The notes below the pieces were generated by a model, which saw only the letters and a program-made list of their open reading frames with translations, ran no database searches and was not told the DNA's origin. From Glycera tridactyla (taxonomy: Eukaryota), in contig OZ286468.1 of NCBI GenBank assembly GCA_965644265.1, positions 10,106,001-10,170,000 on the forward strand: a stretch of 64,000 nt of DNA, read 5' to 3'. How positions within the stretch are numbered: the first letter of the stretch is position 1; each line of letters starts with the position of its first letter. This document shows, piece by piece, positions 59,262 to 64,000 of the stretch. Both the position numbers and the translations under genes were made by a program.

Positions 59262-59670
59262 GCTCCCACTTAACAGATCGAGATGGAGTACCTAGCGTGC
59301 GGTAGACTTCCGCAACGGGCTAACTGCTAAACGGGCGTTGAGCACACGCAGCAAACCCGGAAGGCAGGTCTCCATCTATGTTGCAGTCTGGAAAAGAAAG
59401 GATGAATACTGACAGGGGTCAGTTAGGATTTGTTGCACTGACAGACGTTCAGTCATCTTATTGTGTTTTGCTCCCACTTAACAGATCGAGATGAAGTACC
59501 TAGCGTGCGGTAGACTTCCGCAACGGGCTAGCTGCTAGAAAGGGCGTCGGGCACACGCATGCTACCTGGAATGCTGGGCTTCATCTATGGATCAAATCTG
59601 GAAAGTTGGGACACTGACAGGTGTCAGTTGGATCTTGTTTTTGCACTGACGGACGCTCAGTTGCAGTATT
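59262..59670 (+). repeat. 208-bp tandem duplication downstream of the env remnant
   Basis: gctcccacttaacagatcgagatg recurs at 59262 and 59470. Confidence 0.9.
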
Positions 59671-60366
59671 TTGTGTTTTGTTTTGACTGATCAACAGGCT
59701 GGATGCCTTGCACCTATGTGATTTGTTTGCAAATGTGTATTATTGACCAAGATTTTGGGTTTTTGCCACTGTTCTCATAAGTGCCTGGTTCACACACACC
59801 ACGCACGGCGGGCAGCAATCGTAGCAACTCGGGCCACTGCATGTGCGACCTGAGCATGTGTTCACACTACATGTGCTGGGCACGGCTGTCAGAACCAACT
59901 GCAAGCACCATTCCAACACTACCAACACCCACAAACAAACAAACTTCACTTCATTAACCAACATACCAACACTTCACTTCACAGGGCACAACACATTTTC
60001 CTTCCCACTGATCCTGTCTCGCCTGCGTGTACACAGCTCTCTCACCCACCCGGTGCATACACAGACTCAGCACGCACATCAGCTTGGATTCCCCTGACCC
60101 TAGGTCATCAGTCCACTCCCACATGCCGGCTCTCCTACCCCTGATCCTAATCGCGAATCCACAGTTGACACATTTACAAAACCACGCATGCACACACTCA
60201 CACATATCTACTACACCGACCCAGCCACGCACGTCCATCCCCGACCATAGACATTGCTCATAGTCCTGATTGGACGCGCACACACACAAACATTCAGCCC
60301 TACAACCAGCACATGTTCATGGTTTAACGACGAGGACGTCGTTGTCTCGTTCTACGCACGAGTTTT

Positions 60367-60381
60367 GAGGGGGGGAGTAGT
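60367..60381 (+). promoter_or_regulatory. PPT of element 3 (GAGGGGGGGAGTAGT)
   Basis: Abuts the 3' LTR; identical to the Gypsy-2 PPT. Confidence 0.9.
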
Positions 60382-62164
60382 TGTAGGACTGAAATTCTAT
60401 GTCTGAGAGATTTGAAAGTCTGAATTTAGAAGTTTGAATTTGAATTTAGAAGGTTTGAATTTGAATATAGAAGGTTTGAATTTGAATATAGGAATTGAAT
60501 TGCACGCCACAGTTGGATACACTCTTAGTAGATATGGATGTTGGTTTTAGATCATGAAACAGAGGTTCATCACACGAGTCATACTTAGGAGTTTATTATC
60601 AGTAGTATTGGTGGAATGACTGTGAACAGCAATGAAAGAGTGTGTAACTGTGCTCAATAGTTTGAATGAGAGACATGAATGAGACCTATGAATGTGATGG
60701 ATGTCTTGAGCAGTATGCGAGGCATGCTGACACATGATGGTTAAATGATTGAAATATGATTTCCATGTTTTACAGACATGATATTGTGAATATTGGTGAT
60801 TTATACAGATAGCCAGGTCTGGAATGGTCTGTGAGAATGGAACTCACAGATAGGTAGAGAAACTGGATTTCTCTCTTCTAATTGAATATCGTATCATGTA
60901 TTGTTGAACCAATCATTAGATCTTAGATAGAAACTAGAGTATATGATTGCAATATATCATATTCATATTTAAGCCAGCTTAGATCAGATGATTGTGGCAT
61001 GAACATGGTGAATGCCAGCTGGCATGGGAATCTCCCTGATGTACATCTTTTTGCACATCAGAGGCATGTCTCAAACATGACAGTTTATTTTCTCTTGTTT
61101 ATTTCACCATCATTACTGAAAATTACATCAATTAAGAAATATTTTGATCATCAGTCTATCCCAATACCTTGATATGTTGGTCATGCCCTGTACATGTAAA
61201 CATGGGGAAATGACCAACCCGCATCTCATTATGCAAGAATGCTCACCCCCAGTTCCCACCACCATCTGCAAGCTAGCTCTTGCTAGAATTGCCCCTGAGT
61301 GGCTTGGATTTAATTTGTATCAAAGATCCCAATCTTCAGGATAAATACCTGGCTGATTCAGACACAATTATTTTAGAAACATTCTGAAGTCAGCGTGAAA
61401 TTCTTCAGAGTTTATCTCAACAGAAGTGTTGTGATAAAGTTGCATGAATGTGAGCCATGAGTGGTGCACTGATTGCATCAGTGCATCCCTCTGCCACTCT
61501 CCTACACTACCCCTAGCAACCGGCTACAACAAATACAGCCTGTTGTGGGGGAAGCCCTCATTTACCCTGGCTTTATGCGAGCAACCTATTGCAGCTCACA
61601 TTCAGCCAGTGATTGTTTATTTCTGTGTCCATTCATATTTCTGTCAATAGTTAACATATTACAGTCAAACCCATCTTGAAAGATAGGTCTCAGTGTCAGG
61701 CACGCATTGGTATATAGTTCATATGTTTATTCAATGTTTATTTCATGATGTGCATGCCTTTCCCCATAAACCCTAATATTGTATATGGTCATAGAGAGGT
61801 TGTGAAACCTTCTCTGTATAATGAGGCAAGTGGTGGACAAGTTTGGGACATGTTTTGGGGGAGGATGCTTGTGATGCTAACTTTGTCTATATGAGTCAGT
61901 GTGTGGAAACAATCCTGATCACTTGGCTTCCTGCAGACATACGTTGCACATCAGTCACCATCATCACCCAGCACTTAGTCCTTAGTTTGTATAGCACTTC
62001 TTCATTATTGGCTACTCCCTAGAAAGAGTACCAGTAAATGATTTATAGACTCTACCTACTCGTTTGTCTTCTTACAAGTGACATTCTATCCGACATTTTG
62101 TGAAGTTCAGTACACATATCATCACGGCCAAAGGTAGGAAGTGTTGAGAATTTACTCCACTTCA
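60382..62164 (+). repeat. 3' LTR of element 3
   Basis: About 7 substitutions noticed versus the 5' LTR; lacks the MITE. Confidence 0.95.
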
Positions 62165-63041
62165 ATATGCAACCAAAGATGGCCTATGTAGACAGGTTTG
62201 ACTGTATATGGTTTTGATAGACATGATGAGAAGCAAACATGGTATCTAGCAAGGATCAGTGTATACTCACAGAATGAAGAAAGGCTGAAGGGTTAATGAG
62301 GTTGGGAAGTGTGACCCTGACCAGGGTGGAGAGGGGAAAGGGGGAGTTCCCAGGGTGGTGGATGTTTATGGTATCTCATATTACAGTTGATGAGCCATGG
62401 TGTTGGAGACGGCCTCCCTATGGCAAGCCAAAGTAGAATCTTGACAAATTCTAGTTTTTCCCTGTTTTTGACAGGCCAAATTTGACATAAAAAATCAAAA
62501 GAAAGAGTGGTAACCTACGTAATCCGCCTCAAGACATCAAGAACAACCAACCTGTGGTGGTTATTTGCTTGTAACAAAAAATGCCATCAAAACTTTTTAG
62601 AAGCATATTTTCTGAAGTTGGCCGGCCGACTATATATGTTTCTCGGACCTTCCAAGATATCGTTTACAAAGCCCTGTCAGAGGCGAATGAAAATTTGTTT
62701 GTTTGTTTTGTTGGGGGTTTTGCTATATTGTGACGCCCATGCAATGGGCATGGGTGGGATCATTCAAGACTCCTCCTTCTGGATCCCGAACAGAAGGCGA
62801 AAATTTATGAAATTCACAGACACTCAAGGTGTCATTTCTGTTATTAAAAATGTTGACCGTGGTGTTACCATGTGGCGAATGAAAATATACAAACATCATG
62901 CATAGACCCAGTTATGGTTTACTGATGATGCGCCAATTATCAATAAAATTCAACTCTCGTCCTGATCTTTCAGGCCATCTTGATTACCAATATGTCACTG
63001 GTAAGACAAAGCAATACTTATTAGTCTTTTTGTCACATATA

Positions 63042-63180
63042 CAGTCAAACCGCTCTATGAAGACTGCCTTCGGTCGCATCAAAAAGTGGCTGTTATAGAG
63101 GTCATTTACTGTGGTAAATACTACCAGGGTCACAGCCCAGGGTGGTCTTTTTAGAGAGATGGTCTTCAGAGGTTCGACTG
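63042..63180. mobile_element. Diverged TA-MITE copy
   Basis: TA|CAGTCAAACC...GGTTCGACTG; core similar to 54343-54520. Confidence 0.8.
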
Positions 63181-64000
63181 TTGGAATTAGCCATTTCAGC
63201 AGGAAAGATAGATTAATCCACACGAGCCACCAGTTCTCAAACAACTTTCATATTTATCCGAACTGCCAGCCGCTCATTTCTCAGCAGTAAATTTGAGTTC
63301 TTTCTGACCCAGTGAAAGAAGGAATTCACTGGCCCACACCTTGCATCCACTGGCCTTGATCAGCTGGTTGTATAATGTGTGAGCGGAGACTGTTGATTTG
63401 AGCTTGTTCAGGCAACCAGTGAGTGGCAAAACGAAGGTCTGAGTGGCTAACCTGCAGGTCTTACATCAAGTGGTGTTAGATGCAAGCAGACATTTCATGT
63501 CCTGAGCAGGTGAGCTACCAGAATCAGTCTGACCATGTTAGGGAGAGTCCCATCCTACTTCAAAGTGACCAATGTACAAGTGTATAACCAAAGTTAATTG
63601 GCTGAAACTGGCAGGGAGATAAAAAGTGGATTTTAGGGTCTCTGGTATATGAAAAACACAAACTAAAAGATACAAATCACACATAATACTTTTATTGTGA
63701 ATTCACGAAATTCCTGATGACAGAGAAGGATGTGAAATGTTGGGTGATTCTGCATGACCACCTGAAGGGATGAACAATACAACTATGAAATGTTCAAAAG
63801 TGGGAACTTTTTTTTTTTCAACCGCTAACTTGGTAGTGATGCATCGTGTAATACATTTCTCCACAGAGGATACCCCTATCTAATAAATTGAACTCAGAAA
63901 AGATTATACACAAGTCAAGTCCCTAATTCTCCGGATTAATCAACTCACTGTTAGTAGAGGTGAAATTTGAAATGAAGTTGACAATTTAGATGATGGAGCA

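Larger units (their letters stand above)
53637..62164 (+). mobile_element. Non-autonomous LTR element related to Gypsy-2, lacking gag-pol and retaining a decayed env (element 3)
   Basis: 1783-bp TG...CA LTRs, TSD ATAT, PBS-like TGGTGCC, PPT identical to Gypsy-2, env remnant. Confidence 0.9.

Overview
Repeat-rich animal (invertebrate-type) genomic DNA with four assembly gaps. Host genes, both on +: the last two exons of a DHDH-like Gfo/Idh/MocA dehydrogenase (603-750, 3897-4006) and a complete 5-exon 6-phosphogluconolactonase (PGLS, 18780-26900, 246 aa). Most of the rest is retroelements. (1) A decayed Ty3/Gypsy element (11263-18361, -, TSD TGAT) carries an intact SGNH/GDSL-hydrolase ORF where env normally sits, with splice signals that would express it like env. 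(2) A young, nearly intact 13.7-kb env-bearing Gypsy/errantivirus-like element (35293-49040, -, TSD CACT) has 1512-bp LTRs, a -1 frameshift signal, an F-type env whose start and signal peptide can be rebuilt by splicing, and a small Cys-rich leader ORF. (3) An intact Penelope-like element (49248-53293, +, 16-bp TSD) has two overlapping ORFs, a GGGAAAC slippery site and a hammerhead-like core. (4) A related non-autonomous LTR element (53637-62164, +, TSD ATAT) lacks gag-pol but keeps a leader ORF, a decayed env, the same PPT and a shared 31-nt 3' motif, so it resembles a retrotransposed spliced env RNA. Elements 2-4 are packed into about 0.5 kb of ancestral sequence. Also present: a decayed Penelope copy, DIRS-type tyrosine recombinase and LINE fragments, TA-targeting MITEs, two Helentron-type (HINE) elements and many micro/minisatellites. 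All homologies were judged by eye from motifs; no database search was run.
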